This document shows, one piece after another, positions 19,014-28,986 of a stretch of 64,000 bases of DNA. Below the pieces are notes generated by a model, which worked only from the letters and a program-made list of their open reading frames with translations, was not told where the DNA came from and did no database searches. Position 1 is the stretch's first letter. Every line of letters starts with the position of its first letter. Origin of the DNA: Vulcanimicrobiota bacterium (lineage in GTDB: Bacteria; Vulcanimicrobiota; Vulcanimicrobiia; Vulcanimicrobiales; Vulcanimicrobiaceae); the NCBI GenBank assembly GCA_963818845.1, contig CAWFTO010000002.1, positions 468,016-532,015 on the forward strand. Reading direction: 5' to 3'. A program made the position numbers and the translations under genes.

Positions 19014-20066
19014 ATGGTCCAGCGAACCGCCTACCGCCGCAAATTCGAGATCCCACCGGCCGGTCCGGCGTCGTTCCCTTCGTCGCAGCACGGCGCCGCT
19101 GCCGGACATGCCGCGCCGCCCGCGCTCCAGCGAGCGCACAAGCTCGCGAACTTTGCCGTGCTGCGCAGCGCGCCCACATCCCCACCCGGCGCCCAAGGCA
19201 TCATCCAGCGGACGCGATGGACGTACGACGCGATCAACTCCACGTGGGTCCAGGGAAGTAGCAGCAGCACCGACACCGACCCTCACCCCGATCCGAACTC
19301 CGGCACCGCGAACCTCAAGAAGAACCCGTCGCATGGCGATGTGTACGACCAGAACACCGGTCAGCACAAAAGCCCAATCCGACGCGCGCTCGCCATTGCC
19401 GGACGCTCGTCGGGCGCGCTGAGCTTCTACGACCGCCGGGCACGCACGGGATACGCCTACGCGTCCGGCAAGAACCGGCAGGGCCCGCACACGGTCGCGC
19501 ACATCGCGAAGCGCGTGGCGCTGTATGCGGCCGTCCGCGCCGGCAGAAGGATCAGCAACCTCATCGATTCCCCCGCATTGCCGCGCCCACGCCGGATGAA
19601 CCGGATGCTGCGCGCCCGATTGGAAACGCGCGGGCCGAACTGGAAGACCAAAACGAGGAAGCTGCGCACAAAGTACATCCGAGCGTACCGGCGATTGTAC
19701 TTCACGGCGAAGAATCACCCCAGCAAAGCGAAGCGGTTGGACGCCATGCGCCGTGCGATGGAGCTCAATCCGGCGACGGTCTACAACATCGGCTCGGGAA
19801 AGACGAGCGCCTCGCAGATCGCCGGCAAGGGCGAGAACCGGCGTGCCGCCGCCCGAGACTGGCGGAAGGTCATGAAGCACCTCAACACGCCGGCCAGCTC
19901 TCTGGGGCTCGCGACGATGGATACATCCGGAGCGACGTCTCGCGAGCGCAGGGAAGCGAACCGCAGCGCACGCTCCTTGGGTCAGCTGCTCCATCGCAAC
20001 GAGGTCTCGGAAGACTCCGGCAGCAGCGAAAGCGACTCGGAGATCGACGACTTGGACGAAGAGTAG
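19014..20066 (+). CDS. Orphan basic hypothetical protein with acidic tail (possible toxin/effector)
   Basis: 350-aa ORF, visibly more A-rich than its neighbours; Lys/Arg-rich core; C-terminus SEDSGSSESDSEIDDLDEE. Confidence 0.75.
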   Translation: MVQRTAYRRKFEIPPAGPASFPSSQHGAAAGHAAPPALQRAHKLANFAVLRSAPTSPPGAQGIIQRTRWTYDAINSTWVQGSSSSTDTDPHPDPNSGTANLKKNPSHGDVYDQNTGQHKSPIRRALAIAGRSSGALSFYDRRARTGYAYASGKNRQGPHTVAHIAKRVALYAAVRAGRRISNLIDSPALPRPRRMNRMLRARLETRGPNWKTKTRKLRTKYIRAYRRLYFTAKNHPSKAKRLDAMRRAMELNPATVYNIGSGKTSASQIAGKGENRRAAARDWRKVMKHLNTPASSLGLATMDTSGATSRERREANRSARSLGQLLHRNEVSEDSGSSESDSEIDDLDEE

Positions 20067-20071
20067 GCGCG

Positions 20072-22123
20072 TCAACGCGGCGCGCAGTCGCCGCTCACGG
20101 CGTCGATCACGCCGGCCGGCGCGAGCGCAAGCTCGTGCGGCAGCTCGCCGTACGCGTACACCGCGAGCGGCCCGAGCGTGCGGGTGATGAACTCCGCCAG
20201 CAGCGCGCGCAGCGGCGCGGTGACGACCAGCGCATGCGGCGCGCACGCCGGATCGCTCGCGTAGCGCGCGATTGCATCGCGAACGTGCGACGCGGTCCGG
20301 GGATCCGGCGCAAGACCGCCGTCCGGCGTCCACATGCGCACGAGCTCGGCCTCGAACGCGGGCGCGACGATCAGCGGGCGCAGCGTTCGAACGCCGTCGC
20401 GCCGCAGCTGCTGCGGTACGAGCGCCAGACGCAGAGCTTCGGCCAGCTCGCGCGCGTCGCGCGACGCGCCCGCGGCGTCGATCAGCGCTTCGAACGCCGC
20501 GACGACGTCGCGCGGCCAGACGCGCTCGCGCAGCAGGTGCACGAAGGCGCGATGCGCGGTCGCGACCGGAAGCGCGTCCGTGCCGACGTCTTTGACGAGC
20601 GTCGGCACCGTCGCGCGCAGGTGCTCCACCAGCGTCTGGAACTCTTGCCGCCCGAACAGCTCGGCCGCATGCGTCCGTGCGATTTCCGCGAGGTGCGAGC
20701 CGACGATGGAAATCGCGTCGAACGTCAGCGTCCCCGCCTGCTGCGCGGCGGCCTGCGCTTCGACGGGGATGCTGCGCGCCGGTAGACCGTAGACGGGCTC
20801 GACGGCCGGATCCCCGGCGAGTCGGGCGAGCGCCGCAGGCTCGCCGACCGCAAGAAGGCGGTCGAGCGCGACGCTTCCGTGCGCCACCGCGCGGTCGCGC
20901 ACCCGGATCGCGTACGTGCGCGGGTCGCGCAACGGATCGTCGCGCAGGCGAACGCCGGGGATCACGATGCCGATCTCGGCGGCGAGCGCGCGCCGCACGT
21001 CGGCGATGCGATCGAGAAGTGCTTCACCGTTCGGCGGCACGAGGAGCCCGTACAGATCGGCGCCGACGTCGATCGCGAGCCCGTCGACGCCCACGAGCGC
21101 GAACGCCGTCTCCGGGCGCCGCACCGCTTCCCTGCGCCGCGTCTCGGCTCGCGCGCGTGCCTGTCCGTCGAGCGCGCGCTTGTGGCGCTCCGCGAGCAGC
21201 GCGCCGCCGAACGCGGTGATGCCGAGCGCGCCGAAGAGCGGCCCGGGGAACGCGGGAACGAACGCCAGCGCGAACACGAGCGCGGCTGCCACGCGCAGCA
21301 CGTCGGGGCGCGCGAGCAGCTGCGCGGCGAGGTCGACGCCGAGCGCGCCGTCGCCGGCGACGCGCGTGACCATGAGCCCCATCGCCGTCGAGATCAGGAA
21401 TGCCGGGAGCGTCGTCAGCAGCGCGTTGCCGATGGAAAGGATCGCGAACGTCTCGATCGCTTCCACCGGCGCCATGCCGTGGTAGACCGTGCCGGTGACG
21501 ACACCGCCGATCAAGTTCAGCACGACGATGACGAGCGCGGCGACGGCATCACCCTTGACGAACTTGCCCGCACCGTCCATCGCGGCGTAGAAGTCCGCTT
21601 CGCGCTGCACGCGCACCCGCTTGCGGCGCGCCGCACCGGCGTCGAGCATCCCGGCGTGCAGATCGGCGTCGATCGCCATCTGCTTGCCCGGCATCGCGTC
21701 GAGCGTGAAGCGCGCGCACACTTCGGCGACGCGCTGTGCGCCGCTCGCGATGACGACGAACTGGATCGTGATGAGGATCGCGAACACGATCAGGCCGACC
21801 ACGACGTTCCCGCGCACCACGAAGGCGCCGAAGGCGGGGATCAGCGCGCCGACCGCGCCCGGCTCGTGCCCTTGCGTGAGGATCAGCCGCGTGGCGCTCA
21901 CGTCCAGCGCGAGCCGGAACAGCGTGGAAAGCAGCAGGCACGGCGCGAACGCGGAGAACTCGAGCGGTTCCTCGACGCGCAGGCTGATCAGCAGCACCAG
22001 CGCGGAGCCGAACATGTTGAGCGCGAGCAGCGCGTCGAGCAGCGGCGGCGGCAGCGGCACGACGAGGATCGCGACGACCGACAGCACGGCCACGGCGAAC
22101 GCGGTCGTGAGCCGGGACGTCAC
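20072..22123 (-). CDS. flhA: FlhA/SctV (FHIPEP) export gate protein
   Basis: FRLALDVSATRLIL, RVAEVCARFTLDAMPGKQMAIDADL, DFYAAMDGAGKFVKGDA; GTG start at 22123. Confidence 0.93.
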   Translation of the reverse strand: MTSRLTTAFAVAVLSVVAILVVPLPPPLLDALLALNMFGSALVLLISLRVEEPLEFSAFAPCLLLSTLFRLALDVSATRLILTQGHEPGAVGALIPAFGAFVVRGNVVVGLIVFAILITIQFVVIASGAQRVAEVCARFTLDAMPGKQMAIDADLHAGMLDAGAARRKRVRVQREADFYAAMDGAGKFVKGDAVAALVIVVLNLIGGVVTGTVYHGMAPVEAIETFAILSIGNALLTTLPAFLISTAMGLMVTRVAGDGALGVDLAAQLLARPDVLRVAAALVFALAFVPAFPGPLFGALGITAFGGALLAERHKRALDGQARARAETRRREAVRRPETAFALVGVDGLAIDVGADLYGLLVPPNGEALLDRIADVRRALAAEIGIVIPGVRLRDDPLRDPRTYAIRVRDRAVAHGSVALDRLLAVGEPAALARLAGDPAVEPVYGLPARSIPVEAQAAAQQAGTLTFDAISIVGSHLAEIARTHAAELFGRQEFQTLVEHLRATVPTLVKDVGTDALPVATAHRAFVHLLRERVWPRDVVAAFEALIDAAGASRDARELAEALRLALVPQQLRRDGVRTLRPLIVAPAFEAELVRMWTPDGGLAPDPRTASHVRDAIARYASDPACAPHALVVTAPLRALLAEFITRTLGPLAVYAYGELPHELALAPAGVIDAVSGDCAPR

Positions 22124-23115
22124 GCGAGCAGCCCTTCGTGCGCGAGATCGGCGATGATCTGGGCGACCGCGACGTACGCATCGAGCGGAATCGCCCGGCC
22201 GCTCTCGCCCTGCGCGTAGAGCAGCCGCGCGAGCGCGACGTCCTCGATCAGCGGAATTCCCCGATCGCGTGCGATGGCACGCACGCGCAGCGCGGCGTCG
22301 TCGACCGCGCGCACGAGAATCTCCGGAACCGGAACCGCCGGCGGTGCATAGCGCAAGGCCACCGCGACGTGCGTCGGGTTCACCACGACGAACGACGCTT
22401 CGCGCGTCCGCGCGACACCGTCTCGCGCGACGGCGCGGTGCGCGCTCTTGCGCCGCGCGCGCGCGTGCGGATCGCCGTCGTTCTCCTTCGCGTCGCGCCG
22501 GAGCTCGTCGAACGACATGCGCAGTCCGTGCAGCCAGCGCCGCCGGACGAGCACGAGGTCGACGACGGCGAACGCCGACCCGACCGCAATCGTCGCGACG
22601 CATGCGCGCAGCGCAGCGGAGCCGGCGAGCCATGCCGCCGCGCCGCCGCTGCCCGCGACGCGCGCCGCGACCATCGCGTCGTACGCGACGGGAGCGACCG
22701 CGAGCAGTGCGGCCGCGAGGGCGCAGCTCGCGCGCGCGAGCCCGACCAGCGCGTGTCCGCCCGCCATGCGCTTGACGCCGGCGACCACGTCGAGCCGCTT
22801 CACATCAAGACGAACCGGCGCGAACGACAGCCCTCCCGACTGCGCGAGCGCCACCGCGACCGCGGTGGCCGCCGCCGCTGCGGCGGGCGCGAGCGCGGCG
22901 GCGGCGAGCTCGACGATCGGCAGCGCCGCACCGGACGGACCGCGCCGCAGCGCGCTCGCGGCGGCCGCCGCCGCAACCGGCACGGCGATCGTGGCGGTGC
23001 ACGTCGCCCCCGCGAACGCGGCGACGCTCGACAGCTCGGCGGAGCGCGCGACGTTCCCTTCGCGCTTTGCGCGGCGCCGGCGCGACGGTGTCGGCTCGAA
23101 GCGCTTGTCGCTCAT
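22120..23115 (-). CDS. flhB: FlhB/SctU export switch protein
   Basis: EPTPSRRRRAKREGNVARS, KENDGDP, autocleavage motif NPTH. Confidence 0.92.
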   Translation of the reverse strand: MSDKRFEPTPSRRRRAKREGNVARSAELSSVAAFAGATCTATIAVPVAAAAAASALRRGPSGAALPIVELAAAALAPAAAAAATAVAVALAQSGGLSFAPVRLDVKRLDVVAGVKRMAGGHALVGLARASCALAAALLAVAPVAYDAMVAARVAGSGGAAAWLAGSAALRACVATIAVGSAFAVVDLVLVRRRWLHGLRMSFDELRRDAKENDGDPHARARRKSAHRAVARDGVARTREASFVVVNPTHVAVALRYAPPAVPVPEILVRAVDDAALRVRAIARDRGIPLIEDVALARLLYAQGESGRAIPLDAYVAVAQIIADLAHEGLLA

Positions 23116-23840
23116 CGAACCGCGCTCCAGGGAAGCACGAGCCACGGGCGCGCGCCCGCCGGCGCCAGTGCGGGTACCGTGACCACGGTGACGAGCAGCG
23201 CCGCCGCGAACACGACGGGGAAGGTGATGCTCATGCTGGACAGTCGCGGCACGACGCGCATGACCGCCGCAAACGCGAGGTGCACGGACGCCGCCACGGC
23301 GATCGCCGGCATCGCGAGGAGCAGCGCCGCCCGTACCAGCGTCTGCGGGAGCGCGAGCGCGTACCGCAGCCAGTCGTCGGGCAGAGCGGCCGCGCCGGCG
23401 GGCACGTGCGCGAACGACGACGCGAACGCCTCGACGACCGGCACCCAGCCGTCGAGCAGCAGAAAGGCGACCAGGAACACCGAGGACCAGAGCCGCCCGA
23501 ACGCTTGCGCGTTCGTGACGTTCGCACCCGGAACGCTGCCGCGCACGCCGAGGTAGTCATCGATGGTGCGACCGGCGAAGAAGGCGCCGTCGTAGAGCAG
23601 CGCGGCGCCGAAGCCGATCGCCGCGCCGAGTACGAAGTCTGCGGCCAGCGCGAACGCCAGCGCGGCGAAGCCGAGCTGCGGCGCCCGCGCGACCGACGGC
23701 GCGACGGCAAACGCGAGCGCTGCTGCGATACCCGCGCGCACGGTGTGCGGCACCGATGGGTGCGAGAAGCACGGAGCGCGCGCCGCGAGTCCCGCCGCGC
23801 GCGCGAACACGAGCCACGTCGTCGCGTCGAAGCCGGCCAC
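23112..23840 (-). CDS. fliR: FliR/SctT export protein (diverged)
   Basis: FARAAG...PCFS...R N-terminus, P...FP C-terminal pattern, position between fliQ and flhB. Confidence 0.85.
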   Translation of the reverse strand: MAGFDATTWLVFARAAGLAARAPCFSHPSVPHTVRAGIAAALAFAVAPSVARAPQLGFAALAFALAADFVLGAAIGFGAALLYDGAFFAGRTIDDYLGVRGSVPGANVTNAQAFGRLWSSVFLVAFLLLDGWVPVVEAFASSFAHVPAGAAALPDDWLRYALALPQTLVRAALLLAMPAIAVAASVHLAFAAVMRVVPRLSSMSITFPVVFAAALLVTVVTVPALAPAGARPWLVLPWSAVR

Positions 23841-23841
23841 G

Positions 23842-24108
23842 TCAGCCGCGCGCCAGCGCGACGATGTGCGCCATCACGTCGCGCAGCAGCTGCGCGCAGA
23901 GCGCCATGCCGAATCGGCCGCCCAGCGCGACGACGGCGCCGACGGCGAGCAGCTTCGGCAGCATCGTGAGCGTCTGTTCCTGAACCTGCGTCGCCGCTTG
24001 CAGGATCGCCACGGCAGCGCCGACGGCCGCGCCCGCAACGAGCACGGGAAGCGCGAGCACTGCCGTGACGACGAGCGCCTCGCGCACGAGTCCGTCGAAA
24101 GCGTCCAC
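23842..24108 (-). CDS. fliQ: FliQ/SctS export protein
   Basis: ILQAATQVQEQTLTMLPKL. Confidence 0.92.
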   Translation of the reverse strand: MDAFDGLVREALVVTAVLALPVLVAGAAVGAAVAILQAATQVQEQTLTMLPKLLAVGAVVALGGRFGMALCAQLLRDVMAHIVALARG

Positions 24109-24156
24109 GCCGCCACCGTAGCGGCGGCGCATTGCCGCCGCGTTACGGCGGCGTGT

Positions 24157-25035
24157 TCACCAGGCTCGTCGAGCCGCCATCAGCGCGGAGAGGACCGCGC
24201 GCGTTGCCGGTGAGCGGTTCAGCGTGTAGAAGTGCACGCCGGGCGCGCCGCGCGCGAGCAGGTCGGCGACCTGCAGCGTCATGTACGCCACGCCGAGGTC
24301 GACGATCGCTTTCGGATCGTCGCGGCGCGCTTCGAGCTCGGCGCGCAGGCTCGGCGGGATCGTCGCGCCGCACATGCGCGTGAAGCGGTCGATCTGCTCG
24401 TAGTTCGTGATCGGCATGATGCCCGGCAGGATCGGCACGGTGATGCCCCAGCGACGCGCCTGCTCGACGAACTCGACGTAGCGCGCGTTGTCGAAGAACA
24501 GCTGCGTCACGAGGAACTCGGCGCCCGCGCGAACTTTCGCACAGAGGCTCTGCAGGTCGGCTTCGAGGCTGGCCGCCTCGGGGTGCTTTTCCGGGTAGCA
24601 CGCGCCGCCGACGCAGAACGGAAACTCGCGTTTGACGAGCGCGATCAGATCGCTCGCGTGCTGCAGTCCGTTGTCGACCGGCACGAACGTGTCGCTTCCG
24701 CGCGGGGGATCGCCGCGAAGCGCCATGACGTTCTCGATGCCGCCGGCGCGCAGGTCCCGCAGCAGCGAGCGCAGGTCGTCGGTCGTCGCGCCGACGCACG
24801 TCACGTGCGCCATCACGTCGAAGCCGGCGTCGGTGCGCAGGCGCTTGGCCACATCGACGGTGCGCGCGCGCGTCGAACCGCCCGCGCCGTACGTGATCGA
24901 GACGAAACCGGGGTCGAGCGGCTTGAGCGTCTCGACGGTCCGGAACAGATTCGCCTCCGCCTCGTCGGTTTGCGGCGGAAAGAACTCGAACGAGAAGAAC
25001 GGCCGGCGCGTCCGCAGCTTTTCCGCGATCCTCAC
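24157..25035 (-). CDS. metF: 5,10-methylenetetrahydrofolate reductase
   Basis: FSFEFFPP, SITYGAGG, AHVTC, ALRGDPP, GACYPEKHPEA, TQLFFD, HFYTLN. Confidence 0.96.
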   Translation of the reverse strand: MRIAEKLRTRRPFFSFEFFPPQTDEAEANLFRTVETLKPLDPGFVSITYGAGGSTRARTVDVAKRLRTDAGFDVMAHVTCVGATTDDLRSLLRDLRAGGIENVMALRGDPPRGSDTFVPVDNGLQHASDLIALVKREFPFCVGGACYPEKHPEAASLEADLQSLCAKVRAGAEFLVTQLFFDNARYVEFVEQARRWGITVPILPGIMPITNYEQIDRFTRMCGATIPPSLRAELEARRDDPKAIVDLGVAYMTLQVADLLARGAPGVHFYTLNRSPATRAVLSALMAARRAW

Positions 25036-25149
25036 GCGGTCCCGTTCTCTCGAGCGGCCAGCCCGCACCCCGGCAACGCGTCCACGAGCCCCGTTATCGG
25101 CGCCATTGGACAGGAGACGCTCAGCAGTGGCGGCCGGCGCTCGTCGCGG

Positions 25150-25726
25150 TCAACCGGCGACGGCGGCCGCCGCGCCCGCCGTGAGCCGCTCGAGCGCGCT
25201 TGCCACGGCATCGGCGCTCGGAGGGCGCTCCTCGGCGATCCACGCCGCGAGCACCGCGATCTGCGCGGCCGCCAGCGCAGCGGCGACCATCGCAGGCGGT
25301 ACGTGCGCGGTGTAGCGCCGCGCCGCAAGCCGCTCCTCGATCAGCCGCGCCAGCAGCCGTGTGACGTGCGGCCGCGCCGCGCCGAGCACGATCGGCGCGG
25401 TCACCTTCCGGTTGGCCCACACGTGCTCCAGCGTCGCGCGCAATCGCACGTCGCGCGAGTCCATGAACGGCGTCGGCCAGCGGCACCACGATCGGCGTCA
25501 TGCTTTGCTCGAGCACGTCGAGCTTGTTCTCGAAGTGCTCGTAGAACGTCGAGCGGCCGACGTTCGCGCGCTCGATCACGTCGCGGACGCTCACGCGCGC
25601 GTAGCCGCGCTCGAACAGAAGCGCGTTGAACGCATGGATCACGGTCGCACGCGTTCGGTCGACGCGCCGGTTCCGGACACCGGCACCCGGCTGTCCGGAA
25701 CCGGACACCACGCGGCCATGCTCCAT
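25150..25726 (-). CDS. TetR/AcrR family regulator (frame break near 25468)
   Basis: RRVDRTR...FERGYARVSVRDVIERANVGRSTFYEHF HTH; the C-terminal ligand domain continues in ORF 25150..25464. Confidence 0.82.
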
Positions 25727-25785
25727 GCGACTTCACGCGAACGTCTGCTACGGTCGAGACCCTTTCACCCGTGAGGTCGCTTCGC

Positions 25786-26471
25786 ATGTCCCAGTCCGAG
25801 CCGGCTGTCGCCGGCGCGAGCCGTCCCGCCCGGGACCGTCGCCGGCGCAACGATCGTCCTGTGCAGCCTGCGTCTCGATCGCGACCGTCGCGCACCATCC
25901 CGTGCTGCACCACGCGCACGGCAACGCCGACGTGCTCGCGCAGCTCCTGGCGCTCCGAACAGCGGACCAGACGGTGCACGGAATCCTCATCGCCGCCGTG
26001 ATCGGCTTGGTGTTCGGATTCACGGTCTTCGCGCTGCGCCGGGGCCTCGGCTCGACGGCCGCGCTGGCGGGCTTGGTGGCCTACGCGCTCGGATCGGTCC
26101 CGGTGATCGGCGCCGCGATGATCGACGGCTTCGTCGTTCCGGCGCTCGCCGCGCGCTATGCGAACGGTTCGGAAAGTGCCGTCACCGGCGCGATGCAGCT
26201 CATCACGCTATGCGCGATCGCCATCCAAGTCTGCACGAAGGTGTGGCTGGTCGCGACATCGGCCGCGGTCGTCATTTGGTCGATGGATCTCGTCCGCGCA
26301 GCGGGCGTCAAGCGCGCGATCGGCATCCTCGGCTTCGTCGCCGGCGTACTCGTCGTCGTCGTCACGGCAATCACCGGGAACGTCAGCGCGCACACGCTCG
26401 GCATCGTCGTGCTGCTGCAGACGCTCTGGAACGTTGCCATCGGCGTCCTCATGATGCGCGGCGACGTATGA
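25786..26471 (+). CDS. Integral membrane hypothetical protein (frame breaks near 25830 and 25870)
   Basis: About 6 hydrophobic helices in ORF 25626..26471; N-terminus MSQSEP...GTVAGATIVLCSL-VSIATVAHHP is split across frames; divergent from the TetR gene. Confidence 0.65.
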
Positions 26472-26510
26472 GCCCTCGTGACGGAGGTTGCACGACTCGC
26501 AACCCGATCA

Positions 26511-27170
26511 TCATCGGAAGCTCTGCACGACGCCGTTGCATACGAGCGCCCAGCCGTCGACGCTGACGAACAGCAGCAGCTTGCACGGCAGCGAGATCAC
26601 CGGCGGCGAGAGCATCACCATGCCCAGGCCCATCAGGATCGCGGAAACGGCGAGGTCGATCGCGACGAACGGCAGATAGAGCGCGACACCGATCGCGAAG
26701 GCCGACCGCAGCTCGCCGACGACGAACGCCGGAATGAGGACCGTGAGCGGCGCGTCGTTCGGCGCCTCATCGGGTGCGCGGTGCGCGACGCGCGCGAAGA
26801 CCGCCAGATCGCGGGCTTTCGTCTGGCGCAGCATGAACGCGCGCAGCGGCCGGCTCGCGCGGTCGACGAAGGCTGACTGTGTCAGCCTCCCCGCCGCGTA
26901 GGGTTTGACGGCGTCGCGCTGCATCGCTTCGAACGACGGCGTCATCACGACGAACGTGAGGATCAAGGCGAGGCCGGTCAGCACGGCGTTCGGCGGTAGC
27001 ATCGTGCTGCCGATCGCCGAGCGGACCAGCGACAGCACGACGACGATCCGCACGAACGACGTCGAGAGCACGAGCACGAACGGCGCGATCGACAACAGCG
27101 TCAGGCCGGCGAGGATGTCGAGCGGCAGCGCCGCGTGGCCGGGGTGCGCGATCCGCAGCAGGTCGTCCAT
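26511..27170 (-). CDS. fliP: FliP/SctR export pore protein
   Basis: TSFVRIVVVLSLVRSAIG, PPNAVLTGLALILT, LIPAFVVGELRSAF, GMVMLSPPVISLPCKLLLFV.VDGW. Confidence 0.93.
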   Translation of the reverse strand: MDDLLRIAHPGHAALPLDILAGLTLLSIAPFVLVLSTSFVRIVVVLSLVRSAIGSTMLPPNAVLTGLALILTFVVMTPSFEAMQRDAVKPYAAGRLTQSAFVDRASRPLRAFMLRQTKARDLAVFARVAHRAPDEAPNDAPLTVLIPAFVVGELRSAFAIGVALYLPFVAIDLAVSAILMGLGMVMLSPPVISLPCKLLLFVSVDGWALVCNGVVQSFR

Positions 27171-27215
27171 GCCCCAATGGTGCGGGGCACGGCGGACCGC
27201 CGTGCGTCCGGGACG

Positions 27216-27473
27216 TTACGGCTTCTCGATCAGCTCCGTGATGCGCACGCCGAAGTTCTCGTCGATCGCGACGACCTCGCCGCGCGCGACGAGCCGGTCG
27301 TTCACGAGCAGGTCCACGGGGCCGCCAGCCAAGCGGTCGAGCTCGACGATCGAGCCGGTTCCCAGCTTGAGGATGTCGCGAACGAGCATCTTGCACGTGC
27401 CGAGTTCCGCCGTCACCTTGAGCGGCACGTTCATCAAGAGGTCGAGGTTCTTGCCTTGCTCGGTCATCGTCAT
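27216..27473 (-). CDS. fliN: FliN (SpoA domain) C-ring protein
   Basis: [16 protein letters not shown]...[41 protein letters not shown]. Confidence 0.93.
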   Translation of the reverse strand: MTMTEQGKNLDLLMNVPLKVTAELGTCKMLVRDILKLGTGSIVELDRLAGGPVDLLVNDRLVARGEVVAIDENFGVRITELIEKP

Positions 27474-28264
27474 CCGTGGGCTCCCGTTGCGACGTCGTGA
27501 ACCAAAAAGGCCGCTCGTGATGCGACGACGCCGGCGAGGCCGCCGGCAAGACGGGTTCCTCCGACGTTCAAGGATGCCGGGCCGCCGACCTTGGTATCAA
27601 GCCTCACGACGTGACCGGGACGCATGCGCACGAATTCAGACGCTTCTACCGTACCTTCGGCGAAAACCGCGCGCGCTTCAAGCGTTACGTCGTCCAGCAG
27701 GCAGGCGCCGAGGGTGGCGCGAGGCTCGGCCTCCGGGAGCTCGCGCGTCAGGCCGATCCCGACCGTGAGCGGCAGCGGCGAGCGAACGCGCAGGTCGACG
27801 TAGGAGCAGCACGCCGGCACGTCGCGGTGCGCGACGGCACGGCCGGCGGACGGCGCGCCGTCGCACACCGCGCCGAACGCCTCGGCGCACCGGGCCGCGA
27901 TCCGTTCCAGCGCGGCTCGCTCGAGCGCGGAACACGCGGGCGGGTCGGCGTGCGGAACGCCGGCCTCGCCGAACGCGCGCAGGACGAGCCGGCGCGCGTC
28001 GGCGGCCGGCAGCACGAGGACCGCATCGGCCGGCCGCCCGCGCCGGACGAAGAGCAGCGCATCGCGCGTGAGCGCGTCCCACGCGCTCGGCGTGAGGGCG
28101 ACCGGCTCCCCGACCGTGAGCTCGCAGTCGCCGAGCAGCTCGCGCAGCGTCGCCTCGACGTCCCGCGCGACGGCGCACGCCGCCGCGACCGGCAGCGCAG
28201 GGCGCTGCACGAATCGCATGCGACGCACGCCCTGCGCCGCGGTGAACCGCGCCGACGCGATCAC
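27470..28264 (-). CDS. Diverged FliM/SctQ-like protein with C-terminal SpoA domain
   Basis: C-terminal [15 protein letters not shown]...[10 protein letters not shown] SpoA pattern; immediately upstream of fliN with overlapping start/stop. Confidence 0.65.
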   Translation of the reverse strand: MIASARFTAAQGVRRMRFVQRPALPVAAACAVARDVEATLRELLGDCELTVGEPVALTPSAWDALTRDALLFVRRGRPADAVLVLPAADARRLVLRAFGEAGVPHADPPACSALERAALERIAARCAEAFGAVCDGAPSAGRAVAHRDVPACCSYVDLRVRSPLPLTVGIGLTRELPEAEPRATLGACLLDDVTLEARAVFAEGTVEASEFVRMRPGHVVRLDTKVGGPASLNVGGTRLAGGLAGVVASRAAFLVHDVATGAHG

Positions 28265-28986
28265 TTGACGAGGTCCACGGCGGTCTTTTGCACGCGCGCG
28301 CCTGCCGAAACCGCGGCGCCCAGCGCCTCGAACGCGCGGTACGCCTCGTCGAGGCGAGCGACGCCCGCCGCAACATCGATCGCGCCCGCATCGCGGCTCG
28401 CAACCGCGAGCGGCGCGAACGTTCCGTCCCCCGGCGTGCCGAGATGCGGCACGACGTTCTTGGGCGCAGCGACGCGCGTGCCGTCGAGCCGCGCGGGCTG
28501 CGTTCCGGCCGGGAAGCGCGCGAGCGCCACGCGACCGAGCACGACGCGCTCGGTGCTGCGCGCACCGGTATGCGGGTCGAACGCGTCGCGCGCGTACGCG
28601 ACGGTCCCATCGGGTTCGACGCGCGCGCCGGCAGCGCGTCCCAGCGCGCGGTCGACGTCCGGCACGCGCAACGGAACCGCCACCGCGCCGCGCGCATCGG
28701 CCCCGGGATACCCCAGCACCTCCGCGCCCGACGCCGTCCGCAGCACGCCGTCCGCGAGCGTGAACGATCCGTCGCGCTCGTACGCACGCGTTCCGTCCCC
28801 GCCGCGCGTGACGAACCACGCGTTCGCGGGCGGCACCGCGCTGAGCGGATCCGCCGACGGCACGACGTGCGGCTCCGCCCGCACGTCGTCATTGAGCGGC
28901 ACGGCGCCGGGCCGGAACGCATCCCGCAGATCGTGCGCGCGCGAGAGCATGCGTTCGTACGCCTCCACCGGCGAAGCGCCGATCAC
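28261..28986 (-). CDS. Diverged FlgG/FlgF/FlgE-family rod or hook protein
   Basis: AYERDGSFTLADGVLRTASGAEVLGY matches the YTRDGSF motif; C-terminal helix LDEAYRAFEA matches the rod D0 helix; N-terminal ANNLAN motif not recognisable. Confidence 0.72.
   Translation of the reverse strand: MIGASPVEAYERMLSRAHDLRDAFRPGAVPLNDDVRAEPHVVPSADPLSAVPPANAWFVTRGGDGTRAYERDGSFTLADGVLRTASGAEVLGYPGADARGAVAVPLRVPDVDRALGRAAGARVEPDGTVAYARDAFDPHTGARSTERVVLGRVALARFPAGTQPARLDGTRVAAPKNVVPHLGTPGDGTFAPLAVASRDAGAIDVAAGVARLDEAYRAFEALGAAVSAGARVQKTAVDLVK

Noticed and set aside
18977-20071. Mobile element or prophage carrying the orphan gene
   Set aside because: No integrase, transposase, att-like direct repeats or terminal inverted repeats were seen around it.
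25036-25149. SAM/SAH riboswitch upstream of metF
   Set aside because: I could not match SAM-I, SAM-II, SAH or SAM-SAH consensus elements by eye; an Rfam scan would settle it.
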